Shown piece after piece: positions 1-10,640 of a stretch of DNA of 64,000 bases. The DNA is taken from NCBI GenBank assembly GCA_963836185.1, contig CAWIIQ010000001.1, forward strand, positions 1,568,001-1,632,000, read 5' to 3'. Position 1 is the first letter of the stretch, and every line of letters begins with the position of its first letter. The notes under the pieces were generated by a model. It searched no databases and was not told the origin of the DNA. It saw only the letters and a program-made list of their open reading frames with translations. This DNA comes from Candidatus Krumholzibacteriia bacterium (GTDB lineage Bacteria; Krumholzibacteriota; Krumholzibacteriia; Krumholzibacteriales; Krumholzibacteriaceae). A program made the translations under genes and the position numbers.

Positions 1-197
1 ACGATCGGGGCAAGTTCCGGAAATTGCATGGCGACAGCAGTCTCGCTTGATATGAGTGCGAAATAGAAGGAGATGCCAAATGCGAGTGCGACTGCACTGG
101 AGCTGAGCAGGACCATAAGCCCGGTTCGTATCCTGATTCCGGAAGTCATCTCATTAGAATAGTCGTAACCTTTTGTAACTTTGTCATTAACAGGCAT
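1..197 (-). CDS. Partial CDS (runs off the window start), hypothetical membrane protein
   Basis: Manual translation from ATG at 197: MPVNDKVTKGYDYSNEMTSGIRIRTGLMVLLSSSAVALAFGISFYFALISS..., open to the edge; GGGGAG SD-like motif upstream; one hydrophobic segment. Confidence 0.6.
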   Translation of the reverse strand, partial: MPVNDKVTKGYDYSNEMTSGIRIRTGLMVLLSSSAVALAFGISFYFALISSETAVAMQFPELAPI

Positions 198-299
198 TTT
201 CAACTCCCCGTTATTTCGACCGGCATCCAGGGGCTGGATTCCCATGCTGCCGAACGTACCGTTCCGGCATGTAATCATCAATAAATGTGCCAGAGGGGG

Positions 300-1130
300 T
301 TATCTTGGGGTCAGAAAGTACTCTATCGCGGCTTTCAACTCATCCGTATCAATTGTCGTATCTGTGCAGGGGCCCTCAGGCCTCGTGTTAGGTATGCCGA
401 TTACGGGGATCCGCGGGGCAACATCCTGGATCCCGGCGATGAGGTCCCGTTCGCAAGCTACCGCGACGATAGCACCTGGAGAGGTGTCCCGGATTATTTG
501 CCTCGCTTCCGTTCCGCCCGGTGCCGTGTGGAGGCTGACGTCCTCGTAACCCGAACAGAGTTCCCTGGCACTTGCCCGTATGTCAGCTCGCAGGCACCGG
601 GGAAAGAGAACGAGTACGGGGCCGGGCCCCTTGCCGGGACCGGTAAGCTCGTTGGCTACACGGATGAACGAATGGCTCAATCTGTCTTTTGATATCCCGA
701 CAGAGGCAGCCAGCCTTGACACGAAGGGGAGCATGATGAAGAAAAGCCTGCTCCCGCGCGTCAGGCAGACATTGACGTATCGTTTGTTTCCGACCACGGC
801 GACTACGAGGATGATGTACCAGGCTACGAGAAACAGAGCTGCGGCACCGAGCGCGCCGGTGATCACCAGCGCCCATATCTGCCCGAATGATTCGAATCGT
901 GGAAGAACGAGGTACCAGAACAAGAGGACTATGACTACAAAAAGAGCGAGGACGACGAGGGAGAGATAGAGGAATGTATTCCTGCTCTCCGAGGTGTCCG
1001 GCTCCTGCTTCCTGCCGTCCCAGTCGAGCCACTCATCTCCGAGGACTCTTTTTTTTCTCTTATCGTTCATCCATGGTCCAATCGAGGAATATCCTTTCCA
1101 GAATGTAGCCCAATGGGTTTTAATCTTCAA
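300..1130 (-). CDS. DUF116 domain-containing membrane protein (start may be ATG at 1070)
   Basis: Two N-terminal TM helices, then PRCL, GG..AR, AVACERDL..G and N.RPEGPC.DT motifs typical of DUF116. Confidence 0.8.
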   Translation of the reverse strand: MKIKTHWATFWKGYSSIGPWMNDKRKKRVLGDEWLDWDGRKQEPDTSESRNTFLYLSLVVLALFVVIVLLFWYLVLPRFESFGQIWALVITGALGAAALFLVAWYIILVVAVVGNKRYVNVCLTRGSRLFFIMLPFVSRLAASVGISKDRLSHSFIRVANELTGPGKGPGPVLVLFPRCLRADIRASARELCSGYEDVSLHTAPGGTEARQIIRDTSPGAIVAVACERDLIAGIQDVAPRIPVIGIPNTRPEGPCTDTTIDTDELKAAIEYFLTPR

Positions 1131-1145
1131 CAGGATAAACCTGGC

Positions 1146-2030
1146 ATGAGAGAAGAGAAGACATACGGTGCCCTGTCACTCGGGGTGGTTTCAATATCGT
1201 TCGCCGCGGTATTCATAAGACTCGCGGATGGCCCCGCCGCGTCAGTCGCCGCTTTGCGCCTTCTCTTCGCCACGTTGATACTTCTGCCGTTCGTGCTCTT
1301 TTCCGGGAGGACCCGTAGAGCCCTCGTCTCACTTCGCGGTGTGGAGAAGGGGCTTCTGGCCCTGGCCGGTTTCTTTCTCGCCGTTCATTTCTTCTCCTGG
1401 ATAGCTTCACTCTCATTTACCGGGATCACGAGCAGCATAGTATTTGTTACGACAAGCCCGATCTTTGTCGAGCTGTATGCCGTCACGCTGAAGAGGGAGA
1501 GATCCTCGGCCAGGGTCTGGACAGGTATCGCGCTTGCAGTCGTCGGCAGTGTGATCCTCGGGGGCGGAAACATTGCCGCCGGGGGAGAGAGCTGGAAGGG
1601 CGATCTGCTCGCCGTCTGCGGAGCCGTAGCAGTAGCAGGTTATTTTATCGTCGGCAGCAGACTGAGGCCGAGACTCCCCCTGCTCGCTTACATCTTCCCG
1701 GTTTACGGCACAGCCGCGGTGCTTCTCGCATTTGCGGCGCTCATTTTCGGGCCCGGTCTCTCTGCCCTTCCTTCGAAGGTCTACTTCTACTGTTTCATCA
1801 TGGCTCTGGTATGTCAGGTGACGGGCCACTCGCTCTTCAACTGGGCGCTGCGCAGGATGAAGACCACTTTTGTGGCGATGGCGACTCTGGGAGAACCGGT
1901 AGGAACCACATTGCTCGCATGGCTCATCCTGGGAGAGACGCCCATATCCAGTGAGATCCTCGGAGGATCGGTGATACTTGCCGGTGTGTTTGTCGTGCTT
2001 ACCGGAGATCCGTTTCGAGTCAGAGAGTGA
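1146..2030 (+). CDS. DMT/EamA family transporter
   Basis: About 10 hydrophobic helices in two EamA-like halves (SFAAVFIRLA, GDLLAV.GA, LGEPVG..LLAW.ILGE). Confidence 0.88.
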   Translation: MREEKTYGALSLGVVSISFAAVFIRLADGPAASVAALRLLFATLILLPFVLFSGRTRRALVSLRGVEKGLLALAGFFLAVHFFSWIASLSFTGITSSIVFVTTSPIFVELYAVTLKRERSSARVWTGIALAVVGSVILGGGNIAAGGESWKGDLLAVCGAVAVAGYFIVGSRLRPRLPLLAYIFPVYGTAAVLLAFAALIFGPGLSALPSKVYFYCFIMALVCQVTGHSLFNWALRRMKTTFVAMATLGEPVGTTLLAWLILGETPISSEILGGSVILAGVFVVLTGDPFRVRE

Positions 2031-3150
2031 TAAGGAGTTCCCTGACCTCATCGGCCAGCGCCTCATCTCCCTGCCAATTCTCGAGAAACAGACTGAAGGC
2101 GTTCCTGGCATCTTCCCGCCGTCCAAGGCGCATCAGGGAATGACCGAGATAGTACAGGGTAGTCGGCGGCGCGTTTCCCGATGCCTGCAGTTTCTCGAGA
2201 ATGGATACAGCCTTATCAAATTCCTTCGTCCGGATATAGACCATTGCTATGCCCGTCTGAATTTCAGGATCATCCGGAGCGAGAGCGAGTGCGCTGTTCC
2301 ATGACTCAAGAGATTTATCGAAGTGATCAAGTTCGTATTCAGTCTTGGCAAGGCCGATCCACGCTTCGACATTTGAATGGTCCCTGTAGAGAGCCAGGCG
2401 GTAGTACTCGTCAGCATCCTTGAAATCTTCTGTTTCGAAAGACGCGATGCCGAGGTTAAAGTAAATGTCGCTTCCTGACTTGCCCGCTTCTTTCGCCGTC
2501 TGCAGCACCTGCAGCGCGTCGGTGTACATGTGCCTGGCGTTCATCACCTTTCCGAGCAGAAGAAGATAATCAGGTTCCGAACTGAGCCACGCTCGCAATG
2601 AGATCAGCTGAGCATAGGCTGCCTGGTAGTTCTGCTGCATATAATATGCTTCGGCGAGGACGAGGTTTGCCCGGGCATCGTGCGGTGAATAGCGCAACGC
2701 GTCGGTAGCGTATTTTTCGGCGGTGCTGTACAGTTCCTGCTCGAGTGCGATCGCGCCGAGACCGGCGTAGGGAGGGTGGAAGTTCGATTTCAGGCTTATC
2801 GAAAACCTGTATGCCCTCTTTGCCTCCGAATATTTTCCCTGCATCTCGAGCGATCGTCCGAGCCCGTATTGCAGTTTGTAATCGTCGTTCTTGATCTTCG
2901 CGGCCGCTTTGAAGTTCTCTTCCGCTCCAGCGTAATCCTCCTGCTCAAGCAGGGCCATTCCGAGATTGTACCTCGTGTCAGGATCCGACGGATCTATCTC
3001 CGCGGCTTTCTTCCAGTTGACGATGGCTTCGTCGATATCGTCCCTGTCAGCTGCTTCGACCCCCAGGTTGTAATATTTGAGAGCTGAATCCCCGCATGAA
3101 CTGAAAAATGCGAGAAAAAGACATGTGATGACGATTGCGTACCATTTCAT
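2020..3150 (-). CDS. TPR-repeat lipoprotein
   Basis: Lipobox-like FFSSC after a hydrophobic signal; many YNLG/LG..L..A TPR repeats. Confidence 0.85.
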   Translation of the reverse strand: MKWYAIVITCLFLAFFSSCGDSALKYYNLGVEAADRDDIDEAIVNWKKAAEIDPSDPDTRYNLGMALLEQEDYAGAEENFKAAAKIKNDDYKLQYGLGRSLEMQGKYSEAKRAYRFSISLKSNFHPPYAGLGAIALEQELYSTAEKYATDALRYSPHDARANLVLAEAYYMQQNYQAAYAQLISLRAWLSSEPDYLLLLGKVMNARHMYTDALQVLQTAKEAGKSGSDIYFNLGIASFETEDFKDADEYYRLALYRDHSNVEAWIGLAKTEYELDHFDKSLESWNSALALAPDDPEIQTGIAMVYIRTKEFDKAVSILEKLQASGNAPPTTLYYLGHSLMRLGRREDARNAFSLFLENWQGDEALADEVRELLITL

Positions 3151-3286
3151 CTAAATTCCTTTCGATTCATCCAGGCGGGGCTTGAACGTGATTATATTCC
3201 AATTCAGGGCAAAAAGAACATAGTAAACAGGGATAAGGGATAAATCGGCGTCGGAATTCCTGATTACACAATGATTTAAAATATAG

Positions 3287-3314
3287 TTGACTTTTTATTT
3301 TTCTATAGTAAGAT
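3287..3314 (+). promoter_or_regulatory. Putative sigma70 promoter of the hdr-mvh operon
   Basis: TTGACT-N16-TAAGAT in the AT-rich intergenic region upstream of hdrC. Confidence 0.45.
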
Positions 3315-3390
3315 TTTCAGTTGAGACCTGCTGTTTTTTTTTGCCCTTCAACGATTCAGGAGTCAGGAAATCCTGCGAGGTTAGTTGTAA

Positions 3391-3969
3391 ATGCTTGATA
3401 GAGAAGTGGTTTACGAGTCTGTGCTGGATCACGACTTTCTCGATGAGATCTATTCGCTTCCCGGCGGACACGAGATAAAGAAGTGCATCCAGTGCGGGAC
3501 GTGCAGTGGTTCATGTCCCCAGGGCGCCGTCATGGATTACGCTCCGAGGAAGATATTCTCCCTCATAAGAGCCGGATTCAGGGACGAAGTGCTCGAGTCG
3601 AACACGATATGGTACTGCTCGTCCTGCTACACCTGCGCTGTGAGGTGTCCAAAGGAGATCAAGATCACCGATGTGATGTATGCCCTCAAACGCATCGCAA
3701 TCAAGGAAGGGAAGGCTAAAAAGGGGCGGAAGGCAGCTGTTCTTTCAAAGACTTTCATGAATATGGTGAACAAGTACGGTCGGAATCACGAGACCGAACT
3801 GATGACCCGTTATATCCTTCTGGCCGAGCCGTTCAACGCGTTGAATTTCGTTCCACAGGGATGGAGGCTTTTTTCGAACGGCAGGCTGCCGATCATGCCG
3901 CACAAGATAAAGAATATCGGACAGTTGAGAAAGATCCTGAAAAAGGTCGAAGAGCTCGGGGAGATATAG
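3391..3969 (+). CDS. hdrC: Heterodisulfide reductase subunit C
   Basis: Two 4Fe-4S motifs (CIQCGTCSGSCP, CSSCYTCAVRCP); adjacent to hdrB and hdrA. Confidence 0.92.
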   Translation: MLDREVVYESVLDHDFLDEIYSLPGGHEIKKCIQCGTCSGSCPQGAVMDYAPRKIFSLIRAGFRDEVLESNTIWYCSSCYTCAVRCPKEIKITDVMYALKRIAIKEGKAKKGRKAAVLSKTFMNMVNKYGRNHETELMTRYILLAEPFNALNFVPQGWRLFSNGRLPIMPHKIKNIGQLRKILKKVEELGEI

Positions 3970-4878
3970 ATGAAATATACGTATTATCCTGGATGCTCGG
4001 TCAAGGCGACGGCGAACCTCTACCAGGAATCGATCGACGCGGTGATGCCCTCTCTCGGTGTGGAGCTCGAAGAGCTCGATGACTGGAACTGCTGCGGCGC
4101 CACGGCATACATGTCGGTCAAGGAACTGATGAGCTTTGCCATCTCGGCACGCAACCTCGCGATGGCCGAGAAATTCCACAGGGATGTCGTCACACCGTGC
4201 AGCGCGTGCTACCTGGTCCTCAACAAGACCAACCACTATTTCAATGATTATCCCGACATGAGAAAGAAACTCGGGATCGCGCTGGAGGCCGGCGGCCTGA
4301 GCTACAGCGGGAATATCCGCGTCCGCCATCTTCTCGACGTGATAGTTAACGACGTGGGATTCGAAAAGATCTCAGAGCATTCTACGAGCAGGCTTGAAGG
4401 CCTCAACATCGCGCCTTATTACGGGTGCCAGATAGTGAGGCCGACATATTACGGCTGCGGTTCGGACGAGGAGCACGAAGCCGGTTTCGACGATCCCGAT
4501 GATCCGGTCTGCATGGACAGGCTGATCGCGGCCACCGGCGCTACGTGCGTGAAGTACTCGATGAAGACGAAGTGCTGCGGTTCGTCGCTGATGGGCACTG
4601 AGGAGAAGCAGGCGCTGAAGTTGTGCCGCGGGCTTCTCGCCGACGCGGAAAATAATGGTGCTCACTGCATCGTCACCATATGCCCGCTCTGCCAGATGAA
4701 TCTCGATGTATACCAGCCGAAGGTTAACAGCCTCTTCGGCACAAAATTCGATATACCTGTCATCTACTTCACGCAGCTCATCGGGCTCGCGATGGGGAAG
4801 AAACCGAAAGAGCTCGGGCTGGACAAGCTCGCCGTCAAGATGACCGGGCCGATGAAACAGATACTACAGGGAGCGTGA
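3970..4878 (+). CDS. hdrB: Heterodisulfide reductase subunit B
   Basis: Two CCG domains (YYPGC...WNCCG...PCSAC; YYGC...KCCG...CPLC). Confidence 0.93.
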   Translation: MKYTYYPGCSVKATANLYQESIDAVMPSLGVELEELDDWNCCGATAYMSVKELMSFAISARNLAMAEKFHRDVVTPCSACYLVLNKTNHYFNDYPDMRKKLGIALEAGGLSYSGNIRVRHLLDVIVNDVGFEKISEHSTSRLEGLNIAPYYGCQIVRPTYYGCGSDEEHEAGFDDPDDPVCMDRLIAATGATCVKYSMKTKCCGSSLMGTEEKQALKLCRGLLADAENNGAHCIVTICPLCQMNLDVYQPKVNSLFGTKFDIPVIYFTQLIGLAMGKKPKELGLDKLAVKMTGPMKQILQGA

Positions 4879-4879
4879 T

Positions 4880-6856
4880 ATGTCTGAACGTATTGGTGTA
4901 TACGTCTGCCACTGCGGCACCAACATCGCAGGCAAGGTAGACATCGACGAGGTGGTCGAGTTCGCCAAGGGACTCGATGACGTCACGCTCGTGAGGGAAT
5001 ACAAGTTCATGTGTTCCGATCCCGGGCAGGCACTCATCCAGAAGGATATCGAGGACGGTCTCGTCAACAGGGTCGTCGTCGCTTCCTGCTCGCCTCTGAT
5101 GCATGAGAAGACATTCAGAAACGTCTGCACGCGCGGCGGACTTAACGAATACCTCTTTACGATGACGAACATCCGTGAACAGTGCTCATGGGTACATGTC
5201 GATGAAGCGGAGACGACCGATAAGGCGAAGGACCTTATTGAGGCTTCCGTTCGAAGAGCCGCCCTCCAGGAGCCGCTGACCAAGCGCGAGGTCCCGATCA
5301 ATCCGCAGACCCTCGTTATCGGCGGCGGTATCGCCGGCATCCAGGCCGCGCTCGATCTCGCCGACGCCGGCAAGAAGGTCGTCCTCGTAGAGAAGGAGCC
5401 CTCGATCGGCGGTCACATGTCGAAGTTCGACAAGACCTTCCCAACCCTGGATTGTTCCGCATGTATCCTGACGCCGAAGATGGTCTCCGTCGGCCAGCAT
5501 GAGAATATCGAGCTTCTCTCCTGGTCGGAGGTAGAGGATATCAGCGGGTATGTAGGCAACTTTAATATCAAGGTCCGAAAGAAGGCGCGTTACGTCGACG
5601 CCGATCTCTGCAACGGCTGCGGGGCCTGCTGGGAGAAGTGTCCGGGAACGCGCGTTCCCCGCAAGGGAAACATACATGAGAAGCTCTCGCTCGGGCCCAC
5701 GACATCGATCTATATGCCGTTCATGCAGGCCGTGCCGGCGATCCCCGTGATCGATTCGACTACCTGCATCAGGTTCAAGAATGGCAAGTGCGGCATCTGC
5801 GCAGATGTCTGTGAGCGCAATGCGATCAAGTATGACATGGAGGACGAAATCGTAGAGTTCGAGGTCGGCAATATCATAATGGCGACTGGATTCCAGACCT
5901 TCGATCCTGAGCCGGTCAAACGGTACGGATACGGAAAGCTCGACAACGTGATGACCGCGCTTGAGTTCGAGGTAATGAACTGCTCCTCGGGTAACACGGG
6001 CGGCAAGATCCTGATGGCTGACGGGGAAGAGCCCAAGTCGATCGGGATCGTTCACTGCGTAGGCAGCCGGGACAAGCATTATAATGAGCACTGCTCGAGG
6101 GTCTGCTGCATGTATTCGCTGAAGTATGCCCACCTGATAAAAGAGAAGCTCGATGCAGAGGTCTACGAGTTCTATATCGACATGCGGTGTTTCGGCAAGG
6201 GATACGAGGAGTTCTACGACAGACTTCTCGGCGAGGATGTCAGGTTCGTCCGCGGCAAGGTCGCCGAGGTTACCGAGGTCCCGATCGAGGAAGCCGAGAA
6301 GGGCAAACTTGTAGTCGAGGTCGAAGATACGCTCGTCGGTACCGTAAGGCGTGTACCTCTCGACATGGTCGTGCTGTCAACGGGCCTGGAGGCTCACGAG
6401 AGCCTGCCCGATATCGCGGGGCTCTGCAGCGTCAGCCTGGGCAAGGACGGGTTCGTGATCGAGAAGCATCCGAAACTCGGTCCTGTCTCGACAGCGACGG
6501 ACGGTGTCTTCATCGCCGGCTGCTGCCAGTCGCCCAAGGACATCCCCGATACCGTCGCTCAGGCGTCAGCCGCTTCGAGCGCGGTCCTTTCGATGATAAC
6601 GAGGGAGAAGATCGAGATCGAATCCGCTACAGCATCGGTCGACGAGGACAAGTGCTCCGGCTGCAAACTGTGCAACTCGCTCTGCCCGTACCTCGCTATC
6701 AAGTTCGATGAGGAAAAGGGCGTTTCAGTTGTGAATGAGGCGTTGTGCAAGGGTTGCGGTACATGTGCCGCGGGTTGTCCGAGCAACGCGATCTCAGCCA
6801 AGCATTTCGAAGACAGACAGATCTTCGCCGAGATAAAGGGTATTCTTTCGGCGTAA
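4880..6856 (+). CDS. hdrA: Heterodisulfide reductase subunit A (FAD, Fe-S)
   Basis: GVYVCHCG.NI N-terminus, GGGIAG FAD motif, FDKTFPTLDCSAC, HCVGSRD..CSRVCC, inserted and C-terminal ferredoxin domains. Confidence 0.95.
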   Translation: MSERIGVYVCHCGTNIAGKVDIDEVVEFAKGLDDVTLVREYKFMCSDPGQALIQKDIEDGLVNRVVVASCSPLMHEKTFRNVCTRGGLNEYLFTMTNIREQCSWVHVDEAETTDKAKDLIEASVRRAALQEPLTKREVPINPQTLVIGGGIAGIQAALDLADAGKKVVLVEKEPSIGGHMSKFDKTFPTLDCSACILTPKMVSVGQHENIELLSWSEVEDISGYVGNFNIKVRKKARYVDADLCNGCGACWEKCPGTRVPRKGNIHEKLSLGPTTSIYMPFMQAVPAIPVIDSTTCIRFKNGKCGICADVCERNAIKYDMEDEIVEFEVGNIIMATGFQTFDPEPVKRYGYGKLDNVMTALEFEVMNCSSGNTGGKILMADGEEPKSIGIVHCVGSRDKHYNEHCSRVCCMYSLKYAHLIKEKLDAEVYEFYIDMRCFGKGYEEFYDRLLGEDVRFVRGKVAEVTEVPIEEAEKGKLVVEVEDTLVGTVRRVPLDMVVLSTGLEAHESLPDIAGLCSVSLGKDGFVIEKHPKLGPVSTATDGVFIAGCCQSPKDIPDTVAQASAASSAVLSMITREKIEIESATASVDEDKCSGCKLCNSLCPYLAIKFDEEKGVSVVNEALCKGCGTCAAGCPSNAISAKHFEDRQIFAEIKGILSA

Positions 6857-6887
6857 TGATGAAGATAAATACTGAAGGGATGTCGAG

Positions 6888-7373
6888 ATGACTTTCGAAC
6901 CGAAGATAGTCGGTTTCCTCTGCAACTGGTGCTCCTACACCGGCGCGGACCTGGCTGGGACGGCGAGGATAAAGTACGCCCCTAACATCAGGTCGGTCAG
7001 GGTGATGTGCAGCGGCAGGATCGAACCGACATTTATCATCAAGGCCCTTTTCGAGGGCGCTGACGGCGTACTGATCGCCGGGTGTCATCCCGGTGACTGC
7101 CATTACCAGGAGGGCAACTACAAGGCCCTTCGCAGGCACCGACTACTCCAGCGTATTCTTCCCGAATACGGTGTGGATCCGGAGCGTGTGAGGCTGGAAT
7201 GGGTCGCCGCCTCGGAAGGCGAGAGGTTCGCAACTATCGTCAACGAGTTCACCGAGCAGATACGTGAACTCGGTCCTCTCGGAGTGAAGGAATCGCTCGC
7301 CGAAGCGATGAAAGACGATATCGTTCCTCATGAAGAGCATAAAGAAGAAAGTGGTGCAGCAAATGAAGCTTAA
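6888..7373 (+). CDS. mvhD: Methyl-viologen-reducing hydrogenase delta subunit (2Fe-2S)
   Basis: FLCNWCSY.GAD, RVMCSGR, GCHPGDCHY motifs. Confidence 0.93.
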   Translation: MTFEPKIVGFLCNWCSYTGADLAGTARIKYAPNIRSVRVMCSGRIEPTFIIKALFEGADGVLIAGCHPGDCHYQEGNYKALRRHRLLQRILPEYGVDPERVRLEWVAASEGERFATIVNEFTEQIRELGPLGVKESLAEAMKDDIVPHEEHKEESGAANEA

Positions 7374-8317
7374 AGGCGGGATTTACTGGGGAGCCGGCTG
7401 CGGCGGGTGCGATGTTGCCGTACTCGATATCCACGAGAAGATCCTTGACGTCGCCGAGAAGATGGACCTGCTCTTCTGGCCCATCGCGCTCGACTTCAAG
7501 TACGATGACGTCAGGGCCATGGAGGACGGGGAATTCGACCTCGTTCTATACAATGGCGCCGTAAGAAACTCGGAGAACGAGGAGATCGCGATAGCTCCTC
7601 AGACAGAAGTCCAAGACCATGGTCGCTTTCGGAGCCTGTGCGCACCTCGGGGGACTTCCGAGCCTTGCGAATTATCACACAAAGCAGAGTTTGCTCGACC
7701 GCGTGTATAAAGAGACGGAATCGACTGTGAATCCGGAGGGGACCGTTCCCCTGGAGAAGACGACATTCGAAGGGCACGAGCTGACGATTCCCAGATTTTT
7801 CAATACGGTCAAGACGCTCGACCAGGTCGTCGACGTCGATTATTATCTCCCCGGTTGCCCGCCCGTACCGCAGCAGATCGTCAACGCGCTGACGGCTGTT
7901 TTCAACGGTGAGCTGCCGCCGAAGGGCTCGATCATCGGAGCGGGGACAAGGACACTCTGCGATGAGTGCCCGAGGGAGAAAGAAGAAAAGGAGATCACAG
8001 AGTTCAAGAGACCGCTCAACGTGATCCCGGATCCTGACAAATGCCTGCTCGAGCAGGGACTGATCTGTCTCGGGCCGGTGACGAGAGAGGGGTGCGGCGC
8101 AAGATGCATCAACTCAGGCGTGCCATGCAGGGGATGTTACGGTCCCCTGGAAGAGGTGCATGACCAGGGAATCAGGATGATCAGCGCGCTCGCTTCGGTC
8201 CTCGGGCCGAAGGAGGAGAAGGAGATCGATGAGGTGCTCGACGGCATCCCCGATCCCTTGAGGACTTTTCACAGGTTCAGCACAGCCGCATCGATCCTCA
8301 GGAGGAAAATGATATGA
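7363..8317 (+). CDS. mvhG: [NiFe]-hydrogenase small subunit MvhG; one +1 frameshift near 7592 (probable sequencing error)
   Basis: GCGGC in the first frame; GACA, PGCPP, CDEC, CLGPVT.GC.A.C and CRGCYG in the second; removing one base gives a continuous EEIA.LLRQKSKTMVAFG. Confidence 0.88.
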
Positions 8318-9774
8318 GGCGCGTGGAGATAGATCCCATCAGCAGGCTTGAAGGACATGGCAAGATCAGCCTGTTCATCAATGACGACGGTTCGGTCGAG
8401 AACGCTTATCTCCAGATCCCCGAGTTAAGGGGATTCGAGAAGTTCGTCGAGGGACTGCCCGTTGAGGAGATTCCAAGGATCATGCCGAGGATCTGCGGCG
8501 TCTGCCCGGCGGCCCATCATATGGCAGCGGGAAAAGCCGTGGACAATGTATTCTCGGCGGATATCCCGTCAGTGGCCAAGAAGCTCCGCGAGCTCTACTA
8601 CATGGCTCATTTCATCCACAGCCACGCCGCTCATTTCTACGCCCTGGCCGCCCCTGATTTTGTCCTCGGCCCCGATGCTCCCAAGGCGCAGAGAAACGTC
8701 CTCGGACTTATCGCCAAGGTCGGGCTCGAGCTCGGTGGAGAGGTCGTCAGGCAGAGAGCTATCTCTCAGGACATACAGATCATGGTAGGCGGAAGGGCCA
8801 CGCATCCCGTGTGGAACATTCCTGGCGGAGTAACGAGGGCCCTCACAGAGGAAAATGCCGAGAAGGTCAAGGGGCTCGCCGACGAGCAGCTCGGTTTCGC
8901 CGAGCTCAGCCTGAAGCTCTTCAACGACCTTGTCCTCGCCAACGAGACATACCTCGACCTGATCATGGGCGGAGTATTCGAGCAGGTGACCAACTACATG
9001 GGCCTGGTCGATGAGAACAACAAGGTCAATTTCTATCACGGACAGGTACGCGTCGTCGATGTCGAGGGCAAGGAGCTCTTCAGGTATTCAGAGCCTGAGT
9101 ATCTCGATCATATCGCCGAGCATGTCGAGGACTGGTCCTATCTCAAATTCCCCTACATCAAGAACAGGGGATGGATGGGTTTCGTCGAAGGCGCCGATAC
9201 GTCGCTTTACCAGGCCAACCCTCTTCCGCGTCTCAATGCGGCCGATGGAATGGCGACTCCCAAGGCACAGGCCGAGTACGAGAAGATGTTCGACACAGTA
9301 GGCGGCAAGCCGTGCCACAAGCTCATGGTCAACCACTGGGCCAGGCTCGTTGAGATGGTATACGCCGCTGAGAGGATGCAGGAACTGATCAACGATCCGG
9401 AGATCACGGATCCCAACGTGAGGGTGATTCCGTCGACTACTCCGACTGAAGGAGTCGGCATCGTCGAGGCGCCGCGCGGAACGTTGACGCATCACTACTG
9501 GACGGACGAGAACGGGATCGTTACAAAGGCGAATCTTATCGTCGGGACGACAAACAACAACGCTTCGATCAACATGGCCGTCAAGAAGGCCGCCCAGAAC
9601 CTGATCAAGCCGGGCGGGGAAGTGACAGAGGGCCTGCTCAACATGGTCGAGATGGCGTTCCGTCTGTACGATCCGTGCTTCAGCTGCGCGACGCACAGTC
9701 TTCCCGGACAGATGCCTCTGAAGGTCGAGATCCGAGATCTCGACGGAGAGATACTGAACGAAGTATCGAGGTAG
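8314..9774 (+). CDS. mvhA: [NiFe]-hydrogenase large subunit MvhA (group 3c by context)
   Basis: RLEGH, L1 RICGVCPAAH, EAPRG, L2 DPCFSCATH plus C-terminal extension for protease cleavage. Confidence 0.93.
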   Translation: MRRVEIDPISRLEGHGKISLFINDDGSVENAYLQIPELRGFEKFVEGLPVEEIPRIMPRICGVCPAAHHMAAGKAVDNVFSADIPSVAKKLRELYYMAHFIHSHAAHFYALAAPDFVLGPDAPKAQRNVLGLIAKVGLELGGEVVRQRAISQDIQIMVGGRATHPVWNIPGGVTRALTEENAEKVKGLADEQLGFAELSLKLFNDLVLANETYLDLIMGGVFEQVTNYMGLVDENNKVNFYHGQVRVVDVEGKELFRYSEPEYLDHIAEHVEDWSYLKFPYIKNRGWMGFVEGADTSLYQANPLPRLNAADGMATPKAQAEYEKMFDTVGGKPCHKLMVNHWARLVEMVYAAERMQELINDPEITDPNVRVIPSTTPTEGVGIVEAPRGTLTHHYWTDENGIVTKANLIVGTTNNNASINMAVKKAAQNLIKPGGEVTEGLLNMVEMAFRLYDPCFSCATHSLPGQMPLKVEIRDLDGEILNEVSR

Positions 9775-9782
9775 CGGATCCG

Positions 9783-10294
9783 ATGAAAACCGTGATAATC
9801 GGACTTGGGAAATACCGTCCTGTGCGACGATGGCGCAGGAGTATATGTTGCCCGGATGCTGGCAGGCAGATTCGACTCGGAAAACATCTCCGTTATAGAG
9901 ACGGAGTCAGCCGGGATGAACCTGATGGAGATCGCTCGGCGGGTACGACAGTGCGTTTCTGATCGATGCGATACTCCTGAACGGCGAGGATCCCGGCACC
10001 GTATTCCGGCTGAGAGCGGATGACCTGCAGATAACTCCCAGACTTTCATCCTGCCACGATATCGATATTGTGACCGCCCTGGAACTCGGCAGGCAGCTCG
10101 GGCTTCACATGCCGGGGGAAGTAACCATATTCGCGGTTCAGGGTGATGACATGAAGACACTGACTGAAGAGTGCACTTCTGAAGTAGAGAGTGTCCTGGC
10201 TCCACTCGCCGACGAGGTGGAAGCTCTTGTAAACGGGAAAGAGACCCCCGGCGTCTCGATACCTCTCTCGGAGAGGAAGAACAGGGATGCATGA
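9783..10294 (+). CDS. Hydrogenase maturation endopeptidase; two +1 frameshifts (~9811, ~9935)
   Basis: Joined frames give MKTVIIGLG-NTVLCDDGAGV...GYDSAFLIDAI...SSCHDIDI, the HycI/HyaD signature. Confidence 0.85.
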
Positions 10295-10640
10295 AGTCTC
10301 CGTCATGCGCAATCTCCTCGATATCGTCGAAAAGACAGCCGACCGCGAAGGCGCGGAGAAGATAAACGTCATCCACATGCGTATCGGCGAGATGGCGGGT
10401 ATCAACTTTGACTCCCTTGAATTCGCATTCGATATACTCTCAAAGGGCACGAGAGCCGAGGGAGGCAGACTGGAATATGTCAGGGTCGACCTGCTTGCCA
10501 GGTGCGCCGGGTGCTCTCATGAGTTCGGTCCTGAAGAACTCGTCTTCAGGTGCCCGGAGTGCGGCTCGGGCAGGGTCGATATTATCGCTGGCAGGGAGAT
10601 GGAAGTAGACTATATTCTACTGGACGAGGAAGGTTCATGA
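10287..10640 (+). CDS. hypA: Hydrogenase nickel metallochaperone HypA
   Basis: MHE start, two CxxC motifs, GREM. Confidence 0.95.
   Translation: MHEVSVMRNLLDIVEKTADREGAEKINVIHMRIGEMAGINFDSLEFAFDILSKGTRAEGGRLEYVRVDLLARCAGCSHEFGPEELVFRCPECGSGRVDIIAGREMEVDYILLDEEGS

Noticed and set aside
5186-6133. Long antisense or alternate-frame ORFs (e.g. 5186-6133, 16786-17862, 41237-42184, 45961-46920, 57109-58074)
   Set aside because: Shadow ORFs of well-supported genes, expected from GC-rich codon bias; no motifs.
3391-9774. Selenocysteine recoding in Hdr/Mvh subunits
   Set aside because: No in-frame TGA at ligand positions; all motifs use Cys, and the mvhG break is a frameshift.
7363-10294. Programmed ribosomal frameshifting in mvhG or the protease
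   Set aside because: No shared slippery motif, and the same +1 pattern occurs in unrelated housekeeping genes.
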